Virus record (IMG/VR): IMGVR_UViG_3300031227_009907
Span: 1-64,000 of that record
Source of the DNA: a virus
Direction: 5' to 3' (one strand)
Length of the DNA: 64,000 nucleotides
Shown here: positions 27,544 to 35,970 of the stretch, piece by piece
How the letters are laid out: each line of letters opens with the position of its first letter
How positions within the stretch are numbered: position 1 is the first letter of the stretch
The notes under the pieces: generated by a model
Databases searched by the model: none
The model's input: the letters and a program-made list of their open reading frames with translations, nothing else
What the model was told of the DNA's origin: nothing
Made by a program: the position numbers and the translations under genes

Positions 27544-27561
27544 AGTAGTTTCATGGTAGTT

Positions 27562-27600
27562 GAACAATTCAGTGGAACAATTCAGTGTAACAATTCAGTG
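27562..27600. repeat. Three tandem 13-mers (G/T)AACAATTCAGTG
   Basis: gaacaattcagtg gaacaattcagtg taacaattcagtg. Confidence 0.9.
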
Positions 27601-27610
27601 GAGCGATATA

Positions 27611-28099
27611 ATGACATTTGAACAAGTTTTAGCGGCAACGATGCCGACTATAAGAAAATGTAGCTTTGTTATGCCAGGGAACAGGGATGATAATGACGCT
27701 GATTTACAGGCGTTGTGCTGGGTTGCTTGGAAGAGGTGCCCAGTTAATGATGAATTTAAGAGGTATTTTTATAAATGCGTAAGGTCTAAATTTAGTAGGT
27801 TCAAAAGATTTACTCTTCCAACGGTTGACCCCGCAGAATTTTGTGAGTGTGTTGGGAAAAGTCTTTTATCATATGAGCATTTTTTTGATAAGGTCCGGGA
27901 AATCCTGCCCCCACTTCCCTCTCCTATTACTCGATTATTTTCATTATATGAAAGTCCTCCGCATGAATTGGCCTGTGATCCTAAGTGGTCTTCGTGGAAG
28001 ATCGCGCAGCACCTGGGGATTAGTGAACAGTATGTTAGGAGGTTAAAGGCAAGGCTTTATGACGTTGTTATTGCTTTAATAAAAAGGGAAATAGGATGA
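27611..28099 (+). CDS. ECF-sigma-like / HTH protein
   Basis: DADLQ..WVAW region-2-like; KIAQHLGISEQYVRRL HTH. Confidence 0.55.
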   Translation: MTFEQVLAATMPTIRKCSFVMPGNRDDNDADLQALCWVAWKRCPVNDEFKRYFYKCVRSKFSRFKRFTLPTVDPAEFCECVGKSLLSYEHFFDKVREILPPLPSPITRLFSLYESPPHELACDPKWSSWKIAQHLGISEQYVRRLKARLYDVVIALIKREIG

Positions 28100-28443
28100 A
28101 GTCTTCTAAAAAAACAAATTGGAGTCTTAAGGACTGGGTTAAGTTTGTTCTTGACAAGCCTATTAAGGTAAGACGAAAAAATATAGTCAGAGTGATTAGT
28201 ATAGTAAGGCGGCTATACCTATATTCTGTGTGGAAGAAAGAATCTGTCCGGAAGGAGATATATGGATTTGTGTGTCTTGATCCTATGAGCCAGTCGTCTG
28301 GGGAGAAGAACCAATATCTGTTTGGTGCCCCCATTAAGGGGACGGTCCCAGAGCGGATAGCTCACCCTGGTTACGCTAGGGCTAAGTTGACTGTTTATCA
28401 CGGAGGAATGGAGCCTGGGGCCTGGAAACTTAGAAAGGGGTAG
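28096..28443 (+). CDS. Hypothetical protein
   Basis: ATGA-type overlap. Confidence 0.5.
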   Translation: MKSSKKTNWSLKDWVKFVLDKPIKVRRKNIVRVISIVRRLYLYSVWKKESVRKEIYGFVCLDPMSQSSGEKNQYLFGAPIKGTVPERIAHPGYARAKLTVYHGGMEPGAWKLRKG

Positions 28444-28448
28444 TTCCC

Positions 28449-28772
28449 ATGGGGCGTATTTCAATGTTGACACTTGATGATGTAAGAAATAAAGATGGTG
28501 GCGGGTTTTATAAGTTCGTTAAAATGAATGAGGGATCGTTTCGTTTTTTCGATGTTACTAATTCTCCCCGGAGGAATCATGCGTCTTTACTTTTAGAGGG
28601 TGAGACCAAAGATGATGTGTCGTCGGCGGGCTCCATATGCACGTATGGTTCTCCCACTAAAGGGTCATGGAGAATGAAGGATTTTGGGTCTTTGACATTA
28701 ATGGTTGGGGGCTCTTACGGTGTCGAAGATGAATTGAGGGCATTGCTTTTGCCTAGAGCATGGAAAACTTAG
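28449..28772 (+). CDS. Hypothetical protein
   Basis: Flanked by TGGAAA(A)CTTAGAAAGGGGTAG repeat. Confidence 0.55.
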   Translation: MGRISMLTLDDVRNKDGGGFYKFVKMNEGSFRFFDVTNSPRRNHASLLLEGETKDDVSSAGSICTYGSPTKGSWRMKDFGSLTLMVGGSYGVEDELRALLLPRAWKT

Positions 28773-28848
28773 AAAGGGGTAGCATTTATGTAATGTTGAG
28801 GCTTTAGTATGGTGTGTTGGGAAATACATTTGTAAAAGGAGATATCGG

Positions 28849-29805
28849 ATGGCGAAGGAAAATGAAATGGAAGAGGCTTTGAGTGGCCTGGAGGATTTGG
28901 ATGACATTTTTGAGGAGGAGGATGGAGGCGAATCTGGAGATGAGCTTGTTGACGAGGAAGGGCTTGACGATTCTGACCCTGATGAGGAGGGTGAAGAGGA
29001 GGTGGTTGATGAGGTAGATGAGGTAGAAGATACGGGTTCTGATGATATTGACAATCTTTTTGGGGCCGATGAGGAAGAGGAATCTGAAGGGGTATCTGAC
29101 GAGGAATTGGGAGGTGATGTATTGTTTGAAGCTGAGGTTTCTGAGCCAGCGTCCAAAGAGGAGCCTGAGAAGGGCACAGATAAAGCGGTTGAACCTAGGC
29201 GGGGTCGTGGTCGTCCGAAGGGAAGCAAAAATAAGGCCACTAAGGCTACCGAGACCGCTAAGAGTGCTAAGACTACTGAGGCTGCTGAGACAACTAAGGC
29301 TGCTAAGGCTGCCGAGACCACTGAGGCCGTTGAGTCCGTTGAGGCCGCTAAGGCTACGGGTAAGGTGCAAAAGGGGTCTCAGGAGGCAAAGGACCGTATG
29401 GCTAAAGCCCGTGAAGCTCGAAAATCGCCTGGACGTACGGGTTACCCAAGGCTCGTTGTTGGTAGCGTAAGGACGGTTATCCCTGCTACATTTAAGGAAC
29501 TTTATTCGCTTTGCGCGACTAAGATTCCTGGTGTTGAGATTCTTCACAAGAAAACCCGGTCTGTTATGCGCGTTAATGGTCATCCATTCGCAACATTCGT
29601 TATGGATGGGATGGGGGTCGCAAATTGCACGGTCTACCTGAATAAGTCCGCGAACACCAAGTTTGATGATCCCAATGGGCTCCTTGGGGATGCTGCTGAC
29701 CTGAGTGTTGCCGGGGTCGGTTATAAGATTTCCGTTACAGTGCCGACTCAGATTGCAGCCCTGAAGCTGATCGCGCAGCATTTTAAGGTCGTTAGAGCTA
29801 CGTAA
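28849..29805 (+). CDS. Acidic N-terminus + AT-hook + (T/A)(K/E)A repeat + globular C-terminus; putative DNA-binding protein
   Basis: ~100 aa D/E-rich tract; RRGRGRPKGSKNK; 9-bp periodic repeats ~29233-29358; AAAGGAG RBS. Confidence 0.8.
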   Translation: MAKENEMEEALSGLEDLDDIFEEEDGGESGDELVDEEGLDDSDPDEEGEEEVVDEVDEVEDTGSDDIDNLFGADEEEESEGVSDEELGGDVLFEAEVSEPASKEEPEKGTDKAVEPRRGRGRPKGSKNKATKATETAKSAKTTEAAETTKAAKAAETTEAVESVEAAKATGKVQKGSQEAKDRMAKAREARKSPGRTGYPRLVVGSVRTVIPATFKELYSLCATKIPGVEILHKKTRSVMRVNGHPFATFVMDGMGVANCTVYLNKSANTKFDDPNGLLGDAADLSVAGVGYKISVTVPTQIAALKLIAQHFKVVRAT

Positions 29806-29825
29806 CGAGCTTTTCCATTGTGGTG

Positions 29826-29841
29826 TTTGTTCTTTGACATT
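29826..29841 (+). promoter_or_regulatory. boxA-like element TTTGTTCTTTGACATT (copy 1)
   Basis: Identical 16-mer at 30171; resembles rrn boxA TGCTCTTTAACA. Confidence 0.6.
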
Positions 29842-29844
29842 GTA

Positions 29845-29958
29845 GGCGACAGGGTAACTATAAAATGTTACTCGTTTACGGAGAACCGTATGGAGGATGG
29901 GGATGTATTGAGCATCCCTCCTCTCGTGGTTGAGGCTAAAAAACCCTTTCCTGTCGCT
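29845..29958 (+). ncRNA. Candidate multi-branch ncRNA (~115 nt)
   Basis: Closing stem GGCGACAGG/CCTGTCGCT; internal hairpins GTAAC/GTTAC, TACGG/CCGTA, GGGATG/CATCCC, GGTT/AACC. Confidence 0.6.
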
Positions 29959-30170
29959 CATTTTACTCCCCGGAGATAATGATGAGTAAAAAGAATTGTG
30001 AGGATGGAATTATTGTTAGTAGGGGAGAAGGAGTCCCATTGCCGTTGCTGGGAACGCGAGTAAGACTTTTTGGGCGAGTATTAGAGGTTTATAGGGCTGA
30101 AGCACCTGGCTATATTCCTCTAAGAAAACCCATTAAGACTCGTATCGTTTTGATTGAGAGATAAGCTTCT

Positions 30171-30186
30171 TTTGTTCTTTGACATT
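30171..30186 (+). promoter_or_regulatory. boxA-like element TTTGTTCTTTGACATT (copy 2)
   Basis: Identical to 29826..29841. Confidence 0.6.
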
Positions 30187-30200
30187 CCTTTGGCTGAAGC

Positions 30201-30376
30201 CGGTGTGGGACAGTGGAGAGCAGCAGGCTACTGCGGATAATCCACGGGAAACGGTTAATTATCGCTCGTCTCTAGGTTCCGGTTGAGTGTGTCTACCCCC
30301 AACACTATTCTACGTTGAGGGAATTCTACTCAAACCTTGCAACGAGGCTACCAGGTTAGAATCCTGGCCCACACTG
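30201..30376 (+). ncRNA. Candidate tRNA-like ncRNA (~175 nt) with T-arm
   Basis: Closing stem CGGTGTGGG/CCCACACTG stacked on CCAGG-TTAGAAT-CCTGG; hairpins GCAG/CTGC, AGTGT/ACACT, TTGAG/CTCAA, CCTTG/CGAGG; followed by T-tract. Confidence 0.65.
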
Positions 30377-30408
30377 TTTTTATTTTGATGATAATTAGGA
30401 GATGCGCA

Positions 30409-30753
30409 ATGTCTCGATTAGCACTGGAAATAGGACGGTATAAGACGCTGGTTTTTGGAAGCGTGTTGGAGCAGAGCGAGGATTTGCGCCGTGGGAAGAC
30501 GCAGACGCACAAGGATATTTGGGATTCTCCAAGTTTTTCCATTAAGGCTTGTGGTTCTCCTGAACTCACCCTTAATATCCTTCACATTCGGGGTTCGCTG
30601 CTTGATCGTGACTCCGATATGTTTTTATGCAACTGTAATAGTGTTGGTGCTGCGGTTGCGCTTATCAATAACATTCAGATAGGTGTGCATGAGATTAACA
30701 AGGTGGGGTATCCTGATAAAGATCACGCCGTGGAAATGCGCACAATTGAATAG
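30409..30753 (+). CDS. Hypothetical protein
   Basis: AGGAG before ATG 30409. Confidence 0.6.
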   Translation: MSRLALEIGRYKTLVFGSVLEQSEDLRRGKTQTHKDIWDSPSFSIKACGSPELTLNILHIRGSLLDRDSDMFLCNCNSVGAAVALINNIQIGVHEINKVGYPDKDHAVEMRTIE

Positions 30754-30760
30754 GAGGTGA

Positions 30761-30952
30761 GTGATGGAAGGTCCTCTCGTGTCGCTCGTGCTTTTATCGT
30801 GGCTGTCCGGAGTGGCAACTATGGCCATCGTCAAATCTGTTGAAAATAAGGACGCAGTAGTCTCCGTATATTTGACGCTTGCTACTGTTGCGCTGCTTGT
30901 CTTTGCTGTCCTTATTGCCGTATTCATTGAGAAAAGAGTCCTCGGATGCTGA
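30761..30952 (+). CDS. Small two-TM membrane protein
   Basis: AGGAGG RBS; hydrophobic. Confidence 0.6.
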   Translation: MMEGPLVSLVLLSWLSGVATMAIVKSVENKDAVVSVYLTLATVALLVFAVLIAVFIEKRVLGC

Positions 30953-31021
30953 CATGGATGCGTTTAGTTTGTAGCCTGGGATTAAACAGGAAATGCACAT
31001 AGTTGAATAAAAGGTCTTATT

Positions 31022-33673
31022 ATGCCTTTTGTTTCTCTCCATAATCACACAGAGTATTCAATTTTAGACGGTATTGGGTCTCCCCTTGAATGGGCGGAAG
31101 GGGCTAAGGCCAAGGGGATGCCTGCAATTGCCATTACAGATCATGGGAATATGTCTGGTGTAATGAAATTCTATTTAGCTTGTAAGGATGTTGGCGTTAA
31201 GCCGATAATAGGTTGCGAAGTATATATCGTAAGGGATGTGGAGGAAAAGACGCGAACAAGGGGGCATTTAGTTCTTTTAGCTAAGAACTATAAGGGGTAT
31301 TTAAACCTATTAAAGCTAGTTAGCGAAAGTTCTCTTCGTGGTTTTTACTATAAGCCACGAGTTGATTTTTCTATGTTATTAAAATACAGCAAGGGACTTA
31401 TTGGTTTATCTGCCTGCGTCCAGGGGCAAATCCCATTAGCTATTGCGGCTGGGAGGTCGTCTCTTGCGGTTAAGTTAGCAAAAACATTTAAGCGCATATT
31501 CAATGGGGATTTCTACTTAGAGTTAATGCCCCATAATCTTAGTGGGTTGGAGCGCATTAATTTTGGTTTAGTGAATATATCTAAAGAATTAGATATCCCC
31601 GTGGTTGTTACAAATGATTGCCACTATATAAATCCTGAAGACGTAGAAATCCAAGATGTCCTTCTGGCTATAGGCTTACATAAACCAATAGAGGAGTCGA
31701 GGTTTGACGTAAGGGATTGCCATTTGCGCGGTGCAGACGCAATGATTAAGGCGTTTTGTGACCATCAACCAAAATTCTATAGTATGCACCCCTCTTTAAT
31801 ACTCAGGGGTTGCGCAAATACGTTGGAAATAGCGGATAAGTGCGATGTTGAAATTCCACATGGTAGTTTTGACTTTCCTATTGTGGATAAAGATAATCCT
31901 GAGCGGTTAATTAAGGAACTTTGCGCTAAGGGTTGGGTTAGAAAGTTCCCCGAAGAATATGAAAGGATTAGAGAAGGAAATTATAATACCGCATATTATA
32001 AGCGATATAGAGTTGAGATTGATACTATCGTTGAGATGGGTTACGCTAATTATTTCTTAATGATAGTTGACCTTGTGTCCTGGGCAAAAAAACAAGGGAT
32101 ATGGGTTGGGCCAGCGAGAGGAAGCGTAGCAGGATCACTTGTGGCCTATTTGTTGGGCATTACAGAGGTTGATCCGCTTAGGTGGGGGCTCATGTTTGAG
32201 AGGTTCCTAAGTCGATCAAGAAAAACAAAGATTCCAGATATTGACTTAGATTTCCAGGCTGATAGGCGCGGGGAAGCTATTGAATATCTTCAAAAAAAGT
32301 GGGGGGAAGATCGTGTAGCGGCTATCTGTACATACGGGCATATGGGGGCTAAGGGGGCTATCAAGGACGTTAGTAAGGCTTTTGATGTCCCTTTTCCCGT
32401 TGTAAACAGTATAACAACGCAAATGGGTTTTAATGTTAGCCTTTCTGATACTAAAACATTAAGGAAGGTTCCTGGTTTTGTGGAGTTTTGTCGTAGAAAT
32501 CCAACAGTATTCAAGATAGCAAGAAGACTTGAGGGAAAGATTAAATATAAGGGAACGCACGCTGCGGGGGTTGTGATAGCCCCGGAGCCCATTGATACCT
32601 ATTTGCCCCTTAGAAGGGCTACAGGGCAGTCTAAGGGGGTTCTACCGGTAACACAGTGGGATATGGATGATGCCGCTGAAAGGGGACTTGTGAAGGTTGA
32701 CATCCTTGGGCTAACAAATCTCCAGGTTATGCAGGAGGCTTCCGATTTAATAAGAGAGGAGAATTCTGGGTTTGATATACATAAATATGATTTTAACAAT
32801 AAACAGGTCTGGAAGGCGTTCTCAACGGGTCTTGCGATGGGGATATTTCAGGCAGAGAGAGGACACTTCAGATATTTACTGAAAGAAATAAAGCCTCAAA
32901 ACATAAATGAACTTGCGGTTGTAACCGCGTTAGTTCGTCCTGGAGCCAAAGAGGTTGGACAGGATGAATTGTATATAATGAATAAGAGAAATCCTAGGAA
33001 AATTGTATATGACCACCCCTTATTTGAAGGTATCCTTAAAAATACATATGGTGTGTTGTGTTTCCAAGAACAAGTGATGGCTATCTGTAATAAGGTTGGC
33101 GGGATTAGTCTTGACGATACAGACCTTATCAGAGACGTTCTTGCAAAGAAGAAGCCTAAAGAAACAAGGGAGTGGAGAGAAACCTTTTTGAAAGGGGCAG
33201 AGAAGAGGATAGGGCCTGAGTTAGCGAATAAATGGTGGAAAATGATTGAGGCACATGCAGGTTATTCATTTAATCTAAGTCATGCAGTTGCTTACTCAAT
33301 TATTTCTTATCAGAATATGGTAATGAAGATTTTTTATCCATTACAGTATATGACCGCTTTGTTGCGCAATAACCTTAATAGCGACAATCTTGGTTTGTAC
33401 ATCGAAGAAGCCAATAAAATGAAGATACGAGTTAAAGAGCCCAATGTAGGATTAAGCGATATTAATTTTAAGATGATTCTTGATAGGCCGGAGCATCCCA
33501 TAAGGGCGAAACGTGGATATGTATTGGCAGGTTTTTTGTTTATTAAAGGAATTGGAGTGAAAAGCGCAAGTCGGCTTGTGAGGCTAAGGGATGAGCATGG
33601 TGTGGGTAAGTTCCTGAATTATGTGTCTAAGGGTATTCTTAAGAAGTTGGAAATCGCTGAGTTTAGAGTTTAA
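31022..33673 (+). CDS. dnaE: DNA polymerase III alpha (family C), short C-terminus
   Basis: PHP: SLHNHTEYS..DG, AITDHG, TNDCHY; GPARGSVAGSLVAY; PDIDLDF; HAAGVVI; KVDILGL; YSFNLSHAVAY. Confidence 0.96.
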   Translation: MPFVSLHNHTEYSILDGIGSPLEWAEGAKAKGMPAIAITDHGNMSGVMKFYLACKDVGVKPIIGCEVYIVRDVEEKTRTRGHLVLLAKNYKGYLNLLKLVSESSLRGFYYKPRVDFSMLLKYSKGLIGLSACVQGQIPLAIAAGRSSLAVKLAKTFKRIFNGDFYLELMPHNLSGLERINFGLVNISKELDIPVVVTNDCHYINPEDVEIQDVLLAIGLHKPIEESRFDVRDCHLRGADAMIKAFCDHQPKFYSMHPSLILRGCANTLEIADKCDVEIPHGSFDFPIVDKDNPERLIKELCAKGWVRKFPEEYERIREGNYNTAYYKRYRVEIDTIVEMGYANYFLMIVDLVSWAKKQGIWVGPARGSVAGSLVAYLLGITEVDPLRWGLMFERFLSRSRKTKIPDIDLDFQADRRGEAIEYLQKKWGEDRVAAICTYGHMGAKGAIKDVSKAFDVPFPVVNSITTQMGFNVSLSDTKTLRKVPGFVEFCRRNPTVFKIARRLEGKIKYKGTHAAGVVIAPEPIDTYLPLRRATGQSKGVLPVTQWDMDDAAERGLVKVDILGLTNLQVMQEASDLIREENSGFDIHKYDFNNKQVWKAFSTGLAMGIFQAERGHFRYLLKEIKPQNINELAVVTALVRPGAKEVGQDELYIMNKRNPRKIVYDHPLFEGILKNTYGVLCFQEQVMAICNKVGGISLDDTDLIRDVLAKKKPKETREWRETFLKGAEKRIGPELANKWWKMIEAHAGYSFNLSHAVAYSIISYQNMVMKIFYPLQYMTALLRNNLNSDNLGLYIEEANKMKIRVKEPNVGLSDINFKMILDRPEHPIRAKRGYVLAGFLFIKGIGVKSASRLVRLRDEHGVGKFLNYVSKGILKKLEIAEFRV

Positions 33674-33683
33674 GGGAGAAGAG

Positions 33684-33884
33684 ATGAAGAAGCTAATAGG
33701 TACTAGATTTGTAGTGCAGAGGATGGATGGTTCCTATAAGTGGACAATAATTATCTATGGGAGATTGAATTGTCCTGATTTTAGTGTTAATGGCGAATAT
33801 AAGCATAAATCTGCGGATGGTGCGAGGAGAGGAAGTGGGCGATGGTTGAAGAAGTTTGGCATTGAACTACGCTGGAAGGACTAA
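33684..33884 (+). CDS. Tandem paralogue 1/5 (DUF1508/YegP-like)
   Basis: YKWTI ... Y..KSADGARRG..RWLKKFGIEL. Confidence 0.75.
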   Translation: MKKLIGTRFVVQRMDGSYKWTIIIYGRLNCPDFSVNGEYKHKSADGARRGSGRWLKKFGIELRWKD

Positions 33885-33893
33885 GGGAAAGAA

Positions 33894-34094
33894 ATGAAGG
33901 GCTACAAAGCGGAAATAAAAGCTTGGGAGTTTTGTGGGGGAAGGTGGAATTGGACGATTGGATTTATGCTTAGGGGGCAAGCATATGGGGATGATGCTAG
34001 GCTTACTTCTGGTTGGTACAAAGGTTATAAAAGTGCCTCATTAGCTCGCAGGGCAGCGAAACGTTGGGCTAAGAAGTTAGGGATTGAACTGTAA
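33894..34094 (+). CDS. Tandem paralogue 2/5
   Basis: WNWTI ... YKSASLARRAAKRWAKKLGIEL. Confidence 0.75.
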   Translation: MKGYKAEIKAWEFCGGRWNWTIGFMLRGQAYGDDARLTSGWYKGYKSASLARRAAKRWAKKLGIEL

Positions 34095-34107
34095 GAAGGG
34101 AGAAGAG

Positions 34108-34308
34108 ATGAAGGGGTATGTAACGATCCGGGCTAACCCCCCTATTGATGGTGGGTGGAAGTGGACTATATTTGCGTATTATCCCAATAGTCCTATATTG
34201 CTTCGTATTGAGGCCGAATTTGCCTATAGTTCTGTTGATAGTGCGGATAGGGCGGCTAAACGTTGGGCGAAGAAGTTAGGTATTGATTTAGGAAAGGGAG
34301 AGAAATGA
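34108..34308 (+). CDS. Tandem paralogue 3/5
   Basis: WKWTI ... YSSVDSADRAAKRWAKKLGIDL. Confidence 0.75.
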   Translation: MKGYVTIRANPPIDGGWKWTIFAYYPNSPILLRIEAEFAYSSVDSADRAAKRWAKKLGIDLGKGEK

Positions 34309-34481
34309 AGGGGTATGTAAGGAGGTACACTGTTGATGGTGAATGGAGGTGGACTATATTTGCGCGTCATCCCAATAGTTCTATTCGGCTTCGTGTCGAG
34401 GGCGGATTTGACTATAGTTCTATTGATAGCGCAGATAGGGCGGCTAAACGGTGGGCGAAGAAGTTAGGTATTGAATTGTAA
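34305..34481 (+). CDS. Tandem paralogue 4/5 (58 aa, not in ORF track)
   Basis: MKGYVRRYTVDGEWRWTIFARHPNSSIRLRVEGGFDYSSIDSADRAAKRWAKKLGIEL. Confidence 0.75.
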   Translation: MKGYVRRYTVDGEWRWTIFARHPNSSIRLRVEGGFDYSSIDSADRAAKRWAKKLGIEL

Positions 34482-34483
34482 AA

Positions 34484-34684
34484 ATGGAGAAAGAAATGGA
34501 AGGGACCTATTCGGTTTATCCAGACAGTTATAATTCTTGGATTTGGAGTATTTATGTGGTAAGGAATGCTGGCGTTGGTTATGAGATAAAGCCTATTTAT
34601 CATTATACTTCTCGTAAAAGTGCTATGAATGGAATGAGAAGGGCCGCTAAGAGATTTGGGATTACAGCACTTAGGAGGGAATAG
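34484..34684 (+). CDS. Tandem paralogue 5/5
   Basis: WIWSI ... YTSRKSAMNGMRRAAKRFGI. Confidence 0.7.
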   Translation: MEKEMEGTYSVYPDSYNSWIWSIYVVRNAGVGYEIKPIYHYTSRKSAMNGMRRAAKRFGITALRRE

Positions 34685-34687
34685 TCA

Positions 34688-35188
34688 ATGTCTTTAGCTT
34701 TTTTTAATAGACCAGATACTTATACTAATAAATTAGGTTCCAAGGAAATATGTGGTGTTGCATTAAAGACGTTTAACTCTGAATTACTTGAAGTCCCCCT
34801 TGAGAAGCCCGATCTTCAAGAACATGTTCAAATGCAGGGCTCAGGGCTTTTGTATTTTAATATGTTGTTACAACGAGCTAAAAATACGGCAGATAAGGTA
34901 AATGCAGAATATGATGAATTGTTGGCATCAACAAAGTCGCAGGCCGTTACTGAGTTGAGAGAAGAGTCTGGGGCTAAAAGGCCCACTAATGATGAAATTA
35001 ATGAGAGGTCAAAGACTATATTTGAGGATAAAAGGAGTGGTGCTAACGCATACTATGTTGGTTTAGAGAAGAAAAGAGATAGAGCAAATAAAATCCTCAG
35101 TATGCTTGAGATATGGGTTAGGTGTTGGACAGCAAAGAGTTTTGATATAGGTAGCCAGGCTAAACTTTTAGGTGGAGGAGACATGTAA
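34688..35188 (+). CDS. Helical protein, possibly UvsY-like recombination mediator
   Basis: Coiled-coil character, size and position next to SSB only. Confidence 0.35.
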   Translation: MSLAFFNRPDTYTNKLGSKEICGVALKTFNSELLEVPLEKPDLQEHVQMQGSGLLYFNMLLQRAKNTADKVNAEYDELLASTKSQAVTELREESGAKRPTNDEINERSKTIFEDKRSGANAYYVGLEKKRDRANKILSMLEIWVRCWTAKSFDIGSQAKLLGGGDM

Positions 35189-35955
35189 TGGCTTATGATG
35201 CTTCTGAAATTGAAAAACGGATAAAGGACAGGCTTAAAGGTCGTGGGATGGGCGGTGGAAAGCTGTGGGTTGATTATGATAGGAAAGTGACAAAGGTGCG
35301 ATTGTATGGTGATTTTGTTGTGGTTCCTAAGCACTGGATTCCTGTGGGAGGGAATAAGCGGATTCCTGCTGTTTGCCCTGGGAAGGGGTGTAGAATTCAT
35401 AAGCTTGTCGAGAAGTTGGGAGGATATAAAGACTATGAACAGACCGCGAAGAGCATGTGGGCAAGCGACAATTTTGTTTTTAATTGCTGGTGGTTGGATG
35501 AACCAAAAGATAAAAATGGGGATTTGATTTGGAAGGTTTGTGAACTGTCATGGTCTGCGATGTCTCAGGTGGTTGATAAAGCGGCCGAAAAAGGAATTGA
35601 TTATCTTGATCCCAAGAAAGGGCATATTCTCGGGATAGAAAAAATTAGTGTTAGAACAAAAGGAGGGAGGACTCGAAACCAGTATGCAATTCGTTTTTCT
35701 AAAGGGCCTAAGCCTATTCCGCGTGAGTTGCTTGATCTTGAGTTGAACGATATAGCGCCTCTATATCCTCCTTTTGGAGATGAAATTTGGCAGCAAGTAA
35801 GAAGCATATATCGTCCTAAATTGCTGAAACTTGAAGGAGATGTATCGACCAAAGAAGAGGGGGATAATTATGATGAAGATGAATATGGTGAAGATGAAGA
35901 TGATACCGATGATGCCGGGGATGCTGTTATAGAGGATGATGATATTCCATTCTAA
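35188..35955 (+). CDS. ssb: Single-stranded DNA-binding protein (gp32-like)
   Basis: HW..CP..C..H Zn ligands, DPKKG, Y, acidic tail ending DDDIPF. Confidence 0.8.
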   Translation: MAYDASEIEKRIKDRLKGRGMGGGKLWVDYDRKVTKVRLYGDFVVVPKHWIPVGGNKRIPAVCPGKGCRIHKLVEKLGGYKDYEQTAKSMWASDNFVFNCWWLDEPKDKNGDLIWKVCELSWSAMSQVVDKAAEKGIDYLDPKKGHILGIEKISVRTKGGRTRNQYAIRFSKGPKPIPRELLDLELNDIAPLYPPFGDEIWQQVRSIYRPKLLKLEGDVSTKEEGDNYDEDEYGEDEDDTDDAGDAVIEDDDIPF

Positions 35956-35970
35956 ATAAAGGATAATGTA

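Noticed and set aside
28804-29961. 385-aa and 207-aa minus-strand ORFs and the Arg/Leu-repeat +1 frame ORF 29042..29470
   Set aside because: Shadows of the low-complexity 28849 gene; no RBS or motifs
29979-30164. 61-aa ORF between the two ncRNA candidates
   Set aside because: Has a GGAG RBS and may be real, but no motif supports a call; left unannotated
30201-30376. tmRNA or intron-containing tRNA
   Set aside because: Too short; no G3-U70, CCA or tag ORF; no recognisable group I core or anticodon halves
33684-34684. CRISPR array or DGR target/template pair
   Set aside because: Repeats are protein-coding paralogues; differences are not adenine-specific; no cas or reverse transcriptase gene in the window
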